The notes below the pieces were generated by a model. It was not told where the DNA came from and searched no databases. It saw nothing but the letters and a program-made list of their open reading frames with translations. Shown here piece after piece: positions 8,908 to 16,788 of a stretch of 64,000 nucleotides of DNA. Location: sequence record OQ363659.1, one strand, 5' to 3'. Numbering within the stretch: the stretch's first letter is position 1; every line of letters begins with the position of its first letter. A program made the position numbers and the translations under genes.

Positions 8908-9213
8908 TTAGCTATTCCAATAGATGGTTTCATCAGCGATGTGCCGAGCGTACTCGGCCACCACTGGTTCATCCACCAAAAAGGGGACATCAAGTCCCCC
9001 CAGGATCATACGCATGCCATGCTGCAAGGCATTACCGTTAAGAGGAACAGTGGTGTGATTGCGCACACCACGGAACCCCATTACGCAACGTGCACGATGA
9101 ATCAACGATGCTTCCAGAGATGCAGCTGAGGAGAACTCAGCGATATTGCAGTCCTCCTTCAAGAGAATTCGTTGAGGTGCAAACAGTTTCCTTACGTACA
9201 TTTTAGTTTTCAT
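8908..9213 (-). CDS. hypothetical protein
   Basis: Probable start MKTKMY at 9213, adjacent to the upstream stop. Confidence 0.55.
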   Translation of the reverse strand: MKTKMYVRKLFAPQRILLKEDCNIAEFSSAASLEASLIHRARCVMGFRGVRNHTTVPLNGNALQHGMRMILGGLDVPFLVDEPVVAEYARHIADETIYWNS

Positions 9214-9214
9214 G

Positions 9215-9901
9215 TTACATCTGCTTTGGCATCCCGATAACCAGATCGTGACCTTCAGGGCTAACATTACCCCAAGTCGCGATCCACCCTTTGGAACGAA
9301 GATCCATCATGACTTTCGCCTTGACGGGTTCTTCCATATCTCCCACGAAGTTCAGCGTCCAGAAGTACGAGAACTCATCCGACTTGCGGAGCTCGTGCAC
9401 TTTAGGATCATTGAACAGTTCTTTCACGCCATGCATGACGTCTTCGTAAGTGACCTTTATCAGGCCAGCTGCTTTACGATAGTCGCCCATGGATGGGATA
9501 TCGTCGAAGGAATCATCTTCCTTGTGGATTTTCCCATTGGTTTGTGGGGACAACTGAAACTCTTGTTTCAGCCATACCGATTTCTCGATACGGTTGCTGC
9601 CGTACAGCACAGCGTTGACGGTCAGAGTTTCTGGGTCGAAGACATTGCGTACTTCGTCGATTGCCAGTACCGACGCTACCAACGTACGCAGAGCTTCTTT
9701 CCACGTTTCGGTATCGTTGACGGGGATAACCATCAGACGATCTGGGTTCAGTCGAGGGTCGAGATGACCATCGATAGTAACGTAGCGAACGTTACCCTGA
9801 TCACAGATTGATAGGTACACCGAGTTGTCATGTTGCACTCGTGCATCGGTTGCCACCATAGTCGGGCCACTGAAAGCTGGGGAGTGTTGCACATTTTCCA
9901 T
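9215..9901 (-). CDS. hypothetical protein
   Basis: Start MENVQH at 9901 with a CAGGAG RBS (the track extends it to 9961). Confidence 0.75.
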   Translation of the reverse strand: MENVQHSPAFSGPTMVATDARVQHDNSVYLSICDQGNVRYVTIDGHLDPRLNPDRLMVIPVNDTETWKEALRTLVASVLAIDEVRNVFDPETLTVNAVLYGSNRIEKSVWLKQEFQLSPQTNGKIHKEDDSFDDIPSMGDYRKAAGLIKVTYEDVMHGVKELFNDPKVHELRKSDEFSYFWTLNFVGDMEEPVKAKVMMDLRSKGWIATWGNVSPEGHDLVIGMPKQM

Positions 9902-9973
9902 GGTCTTGCTCCTGAATAAACTTAAGGATAAGGATCTGCGGTTAATGTACGGGTATAGCACAACAACAAGGAT

Positions 9974-10072
9974 GTAGAGCAGTGTTAGACTGCTCTACTG
10001 GCTAATACAGCAAAAAGCCCACCTCCTATGCTTTTAGTCACTGACCTCCACATTAGGTTAGGAGAGCCAGTA
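9974..10072 (-). other. structured intergenic RNA candidate
   Basis: 10-bp perfect hairpin at 9974-9998 plus nested stems 9996-10003/10065-10072 and 10023-10028/10059-10064. Confidence 0.4.
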
Positions 10073-10075
10073 CTT

Positions 10076-10330
10076 TTACCCGCTTATGTATCTGTGGTGT
10101 GTGTACACCATCATAATTGCACATGCAGCTGCCAATACCATCGGCAGCACCCCTATGAATTGTGTTACAATGAAAGAGAAGTATTTTACTTGTTCATCTT
10201 TGTGAACAACTAAAGCCCTCAGCCGGTCTTCAAGTTTGCAGAAGTAGTACGTCCCCAGGCCTGCCATCGTGATGAGGAACAAACCCAACAATGCCCACAC
10301 CTGCGATTCCGTTAATGTATTCACTCGCAC
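10076..10330 (-). CDS. small two-TM membrane protein
   Basis: Two hydrophobic segments. Confidence 0.65.
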   Translation of the reverse strand: MRVNTLTESQVWALLGLFLITMAGLGTYYFCKLEDRLRALVVHKDEQVKYFSFIVTQFIGVLPMVLAAACAIMMVYTHHRYISG

Positions 10331-10818
10331 GGAACCTCGTATGGGTTCTTACCTGTGCGGAGATACTCCAGGTGGCGATGAATCTCACGAATGAGATCCT
10401 TCGGGAATACCACCCGATAATGCCCGATACGTTTATGACCTTCAGTGGTCAGATTCGTGTAGTTGAACTGGATCGTGCCCAGCTTCTTTTCAACCGATCG
10501 GTGAACGCACTTCACTTCCAGGTTCCAATCTGTGTCGGTACCGAAAGTGTAGTTGTCTAGCAACAGCGATGTGAATGCTGACAACAACGAGTCGTCGGCA
10601 ATACGCTGAGGGAACCAAGCTTGCGGATCATTGTAGTTCCGCTGCCAGTTTTCCCAAGCATGACATTCACGGAGCTCACGCATGGTGCACGGCAGTGTGT
10701 GTTCTGCCAGCTCCATCATGCCACGCAAGATGTCCGTGTAGTTTTGTTTGCCTTCCGTGAATTCCCAGCAGCGGAAGAACATTTGTTCCAACGCAATACG
10801 CGAGATCTTCTCGTTCAT
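10321..10818 (-). CDS. hypothetical protein
   Basis: 165-aa ORF. Confidence 0.7.
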   Translation of the reverse strand: MNEKISRIALEQMFFRCWEFTEGKQNYTDILRGMMELAEHTLPCTMRELRECHAWENWQRNYNDPQAWFPQRIADDSLLSAFTSLLLDNYTFGTDTDWNLEVKCVHRSVEKKLGTIQFNYTNLTTEGHKRIGHYRVVFPKDLIREIHRHLEYLRTGKNPYEVPCE

Positions 10819-10819
10819 G

Positions 10820-11071
10820 TCAACTTTCCCCGTCTAAATCCACACGTTTTCCTTTTATGGTCCCACAACCCTTACAACGAAGGGTATACAGATGACCAAT
10901 CAAGGGGTGTCGTATATTACTGATTTCGGCAACCTTGATGGTTTCCCATTCATGAGAATGGGGCGCCGGAATGACTTGTACTTTACGCTCAGTGCGTGTT
11001 GCACAGAACAAAGCGACTACAGAAACTCCCAGTGCAACCAGGGAGATAAACAGAGCTGGTGTGAGTTCCAT
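10820..11071 (-). CDS. membrane-anchored Zn-ribbon-like protein
   Basis: Start MELTPA; N-terminal TM, HxHxW and LRCKGCG. Confidence 0.6.
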   Translation of the reverse strand: MELTPALFISLVALGVSVVALFCATRTERKVQVIPAPHSHEWETIKVAEISNIRHPLIGHLYTLRCKGCGTIKGKRVDLDGES

Positions 11072-11079
11072 GACAACCC

Positions 11080-11265
11080 TTAAAGGCAAGGAGCGGTGGT
11101 GGTATTGAGAGCGATTAGCAAGATCATAATGACCGGAGCCAACAGACCCATGATCCACCACAAACGTTTCTCACGTTGGGTAGCGTCACCAAATACTGCA
11201 AACACAGCGGCACCGAGCAATCCCATCATTGCTGCGATCATCCAACCTACTAATGCGGAAAGCAT
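11080..11265 (-). CDS. small two-TM membrane protein
   Basis: Start MLSALV at 11265 with an AAGGGGG RBS. Confidence 0.65.
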   Translation of the reverse strand: MLSALVGWMIAAMMGLLGAAVFAVFGDATQREKRLWWIMGLLAPVIMILLIALNTTTAPCL

Positions 11266-11266
11266 G

Positions 11267-11488
11267 TTACCCCCTTGAAACTCTACCACTTACTTGGTTC
11301 ACTTTCTGTGTACTGATCTTACCGCAACGCCCGCAACCCATGGTGTAAAGTTCATGGGTCACGTACTTGCCGTCATGATCAATCGAGATCATTGATCCAT
11401 CATAACGGCTACGGATTTCTTTGCAAGATAGCAGCTGATAGTTGTGCTGACAACCACCAACGAACAACCGCCAGAGTTCGTACAGCAT
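11267..11488 (-). CDS. small Zn-ribbon-like protein
   Basis: GCQHNY...GCGRCGKI. Confidence 0.6.
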   Translation of the reverse strand: MLYELWRLFVGGCQHNYQLLSCKEIRSRYDGSMISIDHDGKYVTHELYTMGCGRCGKISTQKVNQVSGRVSRG

Positions 11489-11784
11489 TACCCGATCTTC
11501 CCGTCGGTTACACGGTAAACCGAGTTACGGGTTTCGATCAACCCGTTCTCATGGTCGACGTTCTGCACCAGCGAGGTACGGATCGACCACCAATCGTCAT
11601 GAACGTAATGCTCACCGACAGCGACCTGAGCATCCTCAGGGATGTCCAGACGTTGTGGCCACAGGTCGCGCGCTTTGAGCAGCTTGGCACCACGGATTGC
11701 GTAAACCAGCTTACCGTTAGGCCCTTTAACAGGATCAAGATTTTCATCGAGTTCCACCACGCGAACATCTACACCCTTTTCCAT
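11488..11784 (-). CDS. hypothetical protein
   Basis: 98 aa; AAGGAG RBS. Confidence 0.7.
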   Translation of the reverse strand: MEKGVDVRVVELDENLDPVKGPNGKLVYAIRGAKLLKARDLWPQRLDIPEDAQVAVGEHYVHDDWWSIRTSLVQNVDHENGLIETRNSVYRVTDGKIG

Positions 11785-11793
11785 GATTGCTCC

Positions 11794-12291
11794 TTAAGCG
11801 TCTGCGTATTCGTGTTGGTCAGCGATAGCGGCTTCAACCGTGTTATCGCCTTGTGACAACCGGGTAGTCCAACCCAGTCGCTCGCGGATAACCAAAGCCA
11901 ACATGACTTTGCCTACCTGGCGAGGATCGAAGTATTCCGTTGCATGTCCAGTGAACGTATCACCGAACAGCGAGACGTAGCAGAATTCGGTGAGTTCACG
12001 AATACCGTGTTCACCACGATCTGCTTCTTGGGTGTGGATGAACCAGTACGACTTCGAGTTCTCGACCTGGAACTTCATCCCCACTTTGAACATCTGGATG
12101 CGGATGTAATACCACGCGGTGTCATCAGACACCAGTGCCGAGTCAGGAACCGCGAAACCTTCCTTCCATTCAGGATGGAACGCGTTCATGTAGTTCATGA
12201 ACGTTTCCAGCTTCAGCCGGTCCACATCCGATTTGATCCGGTTTGGTACTGCTACGAACAGTTTCAGTACCGAATGATCCAATACTAACAT
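11794..12291 (-). CDS. hypothetical protein
   Basis: 165 aa; AGGA RBS. Confidence 0.7.
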   Translation of the reverse strand: MLVLDHSVLKLFVAVPNRIKSDVDRLKLETFMNYMNAFHPEWKEGFAVPDSALVSDDTAWYYIRIQMFKVGMKFQVENSKSYWFIHTQEADRGEHGIRELTEFCYVSLFGDTFTGHATEYFDPRQVGKVMLALVIRERLGWTTRLSQGDNTVEAAIADQHEYADA

Positions 12292-12553
12292 CTTTCTTTC
12301 CTGTGTTGAACCATTCGCTAAGTACGATGGTTGTTCTAGTCTTATTGTTGACCGTCTTGTATTTCAGACGAATCACTTTCCAACCTGCCCGATGCAATGC
12401 AGTGAATACATCACGCAGATCTGATTCTTCGTAACGGCCTTCCAGTTTAACGTTGTAGCCTTGAGCGCCTTTCTCGACTAGTGGGTCATTCCCCATAGAG
12501 ACCCAATAGTTGTTCCCGTCAGGAAACAGAAGTTGCTGAGCGACTTGGTTCAT
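12170..12553 (-). CDS. hypothetical protein (3' end overlaps the next gene by 122 nt)
   Basis: Probable start MNQVAQ at 12553. Confidence 0.55.
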   Translation of the reverse strand: MNQVAQQLLFPDGNNYWVSMGNDPLVEKGAQGYNVKLEGRYEESDLRDVFTALHRAGWKVIRLKYKTVNNKTRTTIVLSEWFNTGKKDVSIGSFGTETVRSSTKPDQIGCGPAEAGNVHELHERVPS

Positions 12554-12697
12554 CAGTCGCTCATCACGCTTCCTTGCGCGACGAGAGAAGGTTATGCTAG
12601 GAGCGGGCAGCGAATGAAACAGGGGCATCCTTTACCTCGAACGAATAGGCCGAGCACGGCTTCTGAGGGTCCTTACAGAACTTCTCAGACACGTACC

Positions 12698-12784
12698 CTA
12701 CCGGTTGGTTACATCATAGAAAGCCTTCGCTACGCCCACGCTACAAGCGCAGACGAGCGAGAGGGCGAGTACTGCTTTACGCAT
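12698..12784 (-). CDS. 28-aa signal-peptide-like microprotein
   Basis: Hand-translated MRKAVLALSLVCACSVGVAKAFYDVTNR*; ATG adjacent to the upstream stop. Confidence 0.35.
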   Translation of the reverse strand: MRKAVLALSLVCACSVGVAKAFYDVTNR

Positions 12785-12785
12785 A

Positions 12786-13118
12786 TCAAATCCACCGTGT
12801 AGCGTGAGGGTATTCAGCACGAATACGTTTAGCGATGTAGCGATGATCTGGGAACGATGTAGACAAGTTCACCCACATGATGCGAGCTGGGCTATTGTGC
12901 ATCTGTTCCAACCACTGACTACGGTTTAGTTTGCCAGCTGCCAATCGATCATTGATTGACTGTCTAGCGGTTGACTTCATCCATTCATCCTTGAGACGGA
13001 CGATCTCTTTATCAATAGCGCGGTATGGCGCAGCTGCATGTGCCACAGCAACGAAGCCTGCTGCGATCACCACCTTCGTGGCAACGCGGCCAACGCAGTA
13101 GAGTGTGAAATTGTTCAT
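12786..13118 (-). CDS. hypothetical protein with N-terminal hydrophobic helix
   Basis: 110-aa ORF. Confidence 0.6.
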   Translation of the reverse strand: MNNFTLYCVGRVATKVVIAAGFVAVAHAAAPYRAIDKEIVRLKDEWMKSTARQSINDRLAAGKLNRSQWLEQMHNSPARIMWVNLSTSFPDHRYIAKRIRAEYPHATRWI

Positions 13119-13174
13119 GGTGTTGTCCCTAGCTTAAATAAAATTATTATCATGTAAAAAATAAAAAGGTGGAA

Positions 13175-13194
13175 GGGGAAGCTTTCGCCTCCCC
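13175..13194 (-). terminator. rho-independent terminator
   Basis: Minus-strand GGGGAGGC-GAAA-GCTTCCCC followed by a U-rich tract. Confidence 0.65.
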
Positions 13195-13203
13195 CGCCAG
13201 GCA

Positions 13204-13488
13204 TCAGTCAGGAATCGACTCGATGTAGATTTCGAAGTTCTTGCGCAGCTCGTCGAGCGAGTCCACGTAAGTAACCCGCTTCTCGAATTTGGCGAGAAGC
13301 TCACGCCCCTCGACTTTTACGTGTGCCTGGACAGTACCGACACGAGCTTTGTCTGCCCGGACACGATCCGTGATCGCATCCAGTTCCACGTACAGGTCTT
13401 CAACCTGATAGCGGTCCCACAGCCGTTGGCAAACAATGACACCACCGGCAACGATGCCGACTTTGAAAAGTGTTCCGAGCAGAGACAT
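13204..13488 (-). CDS. N-terminally anchored membrane microprotein
   Basis: LFKVGIVAGGVIV helix. Confidence 0.7.
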   Translation of the reverse strand: MSLLGTLFKVGIVAGGVIVCQRLWDRYQVEDLYVELDAITDRVRADKARVGTVQAHVKVEGRELLAKFEKRVTYVDSLDELRKNFEIYIESIPD

Positions 13489-13493
13489 ATCGG

Positions 13494-13679
13494 TTACTCC
13501 ATGACCGTTGGGTTTGGGCCATCAGTGGTTGGCGGGGTATCACCACCACCAGGGCCATTGACGACGTCGTCGGCGATTTCTGCGGCATCAGCAGAGATCT
13601 CGTCCCAGCTGCGACCGACTTGGAATGCTACGTAGCCCAGGGCAGCGATAGCGGTAATTTTCAGCATGGTCTTGAACAT
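13494..13679 (-). CDS. membrane microprotein with acidic/Pro-rich tail
   Basis: LKITAIAALGYVAF; AAGGA RBS. Confidence 0.7.
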   Translation of the reverse strand: MFKTMLKITAIAALGYVAFQVGRSWDEISADAAEIADDVVNGPGGGDTPPTTDGPNPTVME

Positions 13680-13732
13680 GGCTTGTTTCCTTCTATTGCT
13701 TCAGGGGTGACTCCCCGTAGGGAGCCGAGGGG

Positions 13733-13864
13733 TTACTTGGATTCTTTGCGCAGTTTCACAGTGGTGGCGATGTGAGAAGCGCAGGACTTGACAGTGGATG
13801 CAACCATCAGGCAGACAACGATCTTACCGAAAGGACCCATCTCTTTGAATGCTTGTGCGATCAT
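13733..13864 (-). CDS. 43-aa membrane microprotein (not in ORF track)
   Basis: Hand-translated MIAQAFKEMGPFGKIVVCLMVASTVKS...; GGAG RBS. Confidence 0.6.
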   Translation of the reverse strand: MIAQAFKEMGPFGKIVVCLMVASTVKSCASHIATTVKLRKESK

Positions 13865-13914
13865 GTTTGTTACTCCGTAAATTATGAATTAGGTTCTAGC
13901 GGGGAAGAAGCAGA

Positions 13915-14031
13915 TTACTTCTTCTCTTCCACTTTAGGATTTGGGCGAGCGGCTTCCGAGATCGATTTGACAACTTGCTCGATGCAGCCGAGAGCGATGG
14001 AAGCGAGGATGATTTTGCCGAAAGTATTCAT
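13915..14031 (-). CDS. 38-aa membrane microprotein (not in ORF track)
   Basis: Hand-translated MNTFGKIILASIALGCIEQVVKS...; AAGGA RBS; first gene after promoter P1. Confidence 0.65.
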   Translation of the reverse strand: MNTFGKIILASIALGCIEQVVKSISEAARPNPKVEEKK

Positions 14032-14055
14032 GACTAATTCCTTGTGATCAAGTGC

Positions 14056-14100
14056 GCTATATTCACGATTGTAATATAGCCTTTAAATGGTTTTAAATCA
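14056..14100 (-). promoter_or_regulatory. early (virion RNAP-type) promoter P1
   Basis: TGATT-N17-TATATTAC; TATATTAC is the known phiKZ early consensus; 8-bp inverted repeat around +1. Confidence 0.85.
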
Positions 14101-14298
14101 GGCTTCGTCGCGGACTGCTGCAACTACCGCAGTCAAACCAGCTGTTACGCAGACGATACCCGAGCCTAACAGGATGGTTACGTCACGGCGTTGGTGACGT
14201 TTACCGGCATTATCAACACCGGCCTTGAGCATGACACCTCCGAGACCGAGGGACACACCAGAGGCCATGCCTATTGCGATACGGTTCAGAAGTTTCAT
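14098..14298 (-). CDS. two-TM Gly-rich microprotein
   Basis: AIGMASGVSLGLGG and GSGIVCVTAGLTAVV. Confidence 0.7.
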   Translation of the reverse strand: MKLLNRIAIGMASGVSLGLGGVMLKAGVDNAGKRHQRRDVTILLGSGIVCVTAGLTAVVAAVRDEA

Positions 14299-14309
14299 AC
14301 AGCCTCCGG

Positions 14310-14513
14310 TTAGCCTTTGATGATTTCGACTACGTTCTTGACAGCAACAGCCGCACCGACTGCCGCAATGAACGAACCCACACCCATGTACAGGTGGCGT
14401 TCGGCATCAGACTTATCTTCTTTCATGTTAACAGCATGTTTGACGAAGTCCGAACCAACAGCGACGGTAGCACCAGCGCAGAGAGCAATACCAGCTTTGA
14501 AGAGAAGATTCAT
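14310..14513 (-). CDS. two-TM Gly/Ala-rich microprotein
   Basis: AGIALCAGATVAVG and GVGSFIAAVGAAVAV. Confidence 0.7.
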   Translation of the reverse strand: MNLLFKAGIALCAGATVAVGSDFVKHAVNMKEDKSDAERHLYMGVGSFIAAVGAAVAVKNVVEIIKG

Positions 14514-14543
14514 GATTATACCTACTTAATTTGGGGGAATGGA

Positions 14544-14864
14544 TTAACGAGTGGAAAGTATTTCTTGGGTGTTCGCTGACTGTTTCTTTTTAAACAGTCG
14601 CTTGTGCGCACGTATCGAATAGAACGTACCCATTGCACCACCTAAAGCAGATGGCACAAACACAACCCAGCCAGAGTGCAAGAACAACCCGAAGGTAGCG
14701 AAGATGGTTGTAGTTACCAGTACAGAAGTACCAGCCGCCACCCATTCACGACCTTGTGCAATATTGCGAGATTGGAAAGACTTAACAAATGCTTCAAAGA
14801 ACGTGACAACAAAAGCCAAGATGAATGGCGTAACGAGCACAACAATGTTGACAAACGAGCTCAT
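14544..14864 (-). CDS. multi-pass membrane protein
   Basis: Three to four hydrophobic segments, ending GGAMG...H-basic tail. Confidence 0.7.
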   Translation of the reverse strand: MSSFVNIVVLVTPFILAFVVTFFEAFVKSFQSRNIAQGREWVAAGTSVLVTTTIFATFGLFLHSGWVVFVPSALGGAMGTFYSIRAHKRLFKKKQSANTQEILSTR

Positions 14865-15046
14865 CGTACCACCAACATTTCTTGGCCATTAGGGCCGATG
14901 CGGTGACCGAGGATGGTTGGTTTCTTTTCAGCTTTGATTGCAGCGTATTCTTCATGATTGGTTTCGGCCATGGCAGTCAGATGCTGCATACCGAAAGAGC
15001 CTACAGCAACAGCAATCAGGAAGTAAACAGTCTGGAACTTGATCAT
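14861..15046 (-). CDS. membrane-anchored microprotein
   Basis: YFLIAVAVGSFGM; AAGGA RBS. Confidence 0.6.
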   Translation of the reverse strand: MIKFQTVYFLIAVAVGSFGMQHLTAMAETNHEEYAAIKAEKKPTILGHRIGPNGQEMLVVR

Positions 15047-15116
15047 GGTGAAATCCTTAACTTAATGTGATAGTGCTTTTGCAATATATCGATGCGGTAC
15101 ATTGCAGAAGAACTAT

Positions 15117-15134
15117 GGGGACCCGAAGGTCCCC
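15117..15134 (-). terminator. hairpin (terminator or processing site)
   Basis: GGGGACC-CGAA-GGTCCCC; weak U-tract. Confidence 0.6.
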
Positions 15135-15141
15135 TGTTCGA

Positions 15142-15390
15142 TTATTGCGGGTAGACTTTCAACTGGGCTTCGTTCAGTCGATTGACGAACATGTGACCCA
15201 GCGCTTCGCCGAGGGAATCGGCATGTTCCTGAGTAGCTTCCCCACGAGGACCGACATCATCGGTCTCGAATGGTTCACCACGCATGGCTGCTTCGTAGCG
15301 CTCGTTGTGCCTCAATACATCCAGACGCTTCTTGTTCTTTCTGGAGAGGAATGGATAACGACCGGTGAACGGAGTTTGGTCTTGGGACAT
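15142..15390 (-). CDS. hypothetical protein
   Basis: 82 aa, coupled. Confidence 0.65.
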   Translation of the reverse strand: MSQDQTPFTGRYPFLSRKNKKRLDVLRHNERYEAAMRGEPFETDDVGPRGEATQEHADSLGEALGHMFVNRLNEAQLKVYPQ

Positions 15391-15815
15391 CAGTTGATTG
15401 CCTTTTCAGTTGCCATGCGGACAACTTCCTCACGGAAGAAGTTGCGCTGTGCGTTGTTCTGGTGACAGTCGGAAACCTCACCGTCGACCATCAGTTCATC
15501 GACGTCGATACGCGCCACGTCGATTACGGTCTCACCGAAGATGGAGATGTTGAAGCGGTTGCAGATGTACTTCTGGACGGGATCATCCTTGAATGGAATG
15601 ACCACACGTGCGCTTTGTGACTTGTCCATGAAGACGTAGTTTACGTCGTAGATGGCTTCGTTTGCTTCCATGGTGCAAGTGATCTTGGAGATCTGGCGAC
15701 CATTAGCGATCCAGCTGCTCATTGGAGCTTTAGGACCGAAGGTGAATGCAGCGTGCATCACCTGGTGAGTCAGGTGGATGCGGAAGGAGTTCAGTTCAGC
15801 GTCGTTACGGTTCAT
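15390..15815 (-). CDS. hypothetical protein
   Basis: 141 aa; AAGGA RBS. Confidence 0.75.
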   Translation of the reverse strand: MNRNDAELNSFRIHLTHQVMHAAFTFGPKAPMSSWIANGRQISKITCTMEANEAIYDVNYVFMDKSQSARVVIPFKDDPVQKYICNRFNISIFGETVIDVARIDVDELMVDGEVSDCHQNNAQRNFFREEVVRMATEKAIN

Positions 15816-15847
15816 GCAGAAATTCCTTTTACTACTTAGATTGGGAT

Positions 15848-16024
15848 TTATTGTTTCGGGAGCAGCTTGGGTTGTGTCGGCTTAGTGGTAGCCGACACTT
15901 CCACGAGAGACTTCTGGCTCAGGCTATGCAGGTAGCCTTCCCGAACGCTGCGGTAAATTCTGTGGCCGATTACGCCAACGACGGCTACACCGGCTACAAT
16001 ACCGACAGTTTTCAGAGTGCTCAT
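15848..16024 (-). CDS. 58-aa membrane microprotein (not in ORF track)
   Basis: Hand-translated MSTLKTVGIVAGVAVVGVIGHRIYRS...; TAAGGA RBS. Confidence 0.65.
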   Translation of the reverse strand: MSTLKTVGIVAGVAVVGVIGHRIYRSVREGYLHSLSQKSLVEVSATTKPTQPKLLPKQ

Positions 16025-16034
16025 GTTCTTTTCC

Positions 16035-16316
16035 TTAGAGGCCGTTGGAGGCCATTTTGATTTGCTTGAGAAGTTCGCGGTGAAACTCTTCGCGATGGGA
16101 ATCGACGGTAATCGAAGTACCGGCGAAGAATGCCCAGCCAGCCAGATCTGCTTCCAGCTCGACAGCGGTTGGCGGGAACTCGAAGTGGGTCAGAGCAGTT
16201 TTGATCTGCCCTGGGATTTCACGCATCAGGTCATTACGACGCAGGCGGGATTCGTTCCAGAAGCAGGCGCCGCAAGCAGCGATAATGCCAACAGCACCGA
16301 GGATTACGTTACGCAT
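16035..16316 (-). CDS. N-terminally anchored membrane microprotein
   Basis: VILGAVGIIAACGAC; AAGGAG RBS; first gene after P2. Confidence 0.75.
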   Translation of the reverse strand: MRNVILGAVGIIAACGACFWNESRLRRNDLMREIPGQIKTALTHFEFPPTAVELEADLAGWAFFAGTSITVDSHREEFHRELLKQIKMASNGL

Positions 16317-16341
16317 GGTGGAACTCCTTAAAGTGGATTAA

Positions 16342-16380
16342 TTCACGATTGTAATATAGCGGTTTAAAAAGATGGAATCA
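16342..16380 (-). promoter_or_regulatory. early promoter P2
   Basis: TGATT-N17-TATATTAC-AATCGTGAAT. Confidence 0.85.
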
Positions 16381-16716
16381 ACCCAGGTCTACCAGGCGAT
16401 TGATATGTTGCTTGACTTGCTCGATCCCATGAGGTGGGAACGATGCACGGCTGATCTCACGACCATCTACCGAAGTCACTACCTGGAACCCTTGCAGGTC
16501 ACGGTAGAACACCTCGACGGTGTCTTCGTCTTTTCCGTACTCACCGACCATGTAGGCGGTACCGAGGATGTACGTGTAGCGGAAGTTGACGATCGTGCCT
16601 TCGTGCTGGGTGACGTAGAACACACGCTCGTCTTTCTTGTACTTGGTCGGGTCCCAGATGTGGGTGGGATTGGTGATGTAATCGATGAACAGATCGAGTT
16701 CGTTTTTGTTGGCCAT
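16378..16716 (-). CDS. hypothetical protein
   Basis: 112 aa; AAGGAG RBS. Confidence 0.75.
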   Translation of the reverse strand: MANKNELDLFIDYITNPTHIWDPTKYKKDERVFYVTQHEGTIVNFRYTYILGTAYMVGEYGKDEDTVEVFYRDLQGFQVVTSVDGREISRASFPPHGIEQVKQHINRLVDLG

Positions 16717-16748
16717 GCTTTACTCCTTAGGTTATCTTAATGTCACGG

Positions 16749-16780
16749 CATAAAGGCTTCCCTGCTGGGAAGCGCTTATG
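16749..16780. terminator. CATA/TATG-flanked hairpin
   Basis: GCTTCCC-TGCT-GGGAAGC flanked by CATA and TTATG. Confidence 0.6.
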
Positions 16781-16788
16781 GCGTATCA

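Noticed and set aside
9999-10070. tRNA-sized segment with a D-arm-like stem ending in CCA
   Set aside because: No 7-bp acceptor stem, no anticodon stem and no TTC T-loop; kept only as a structured RNA candidate
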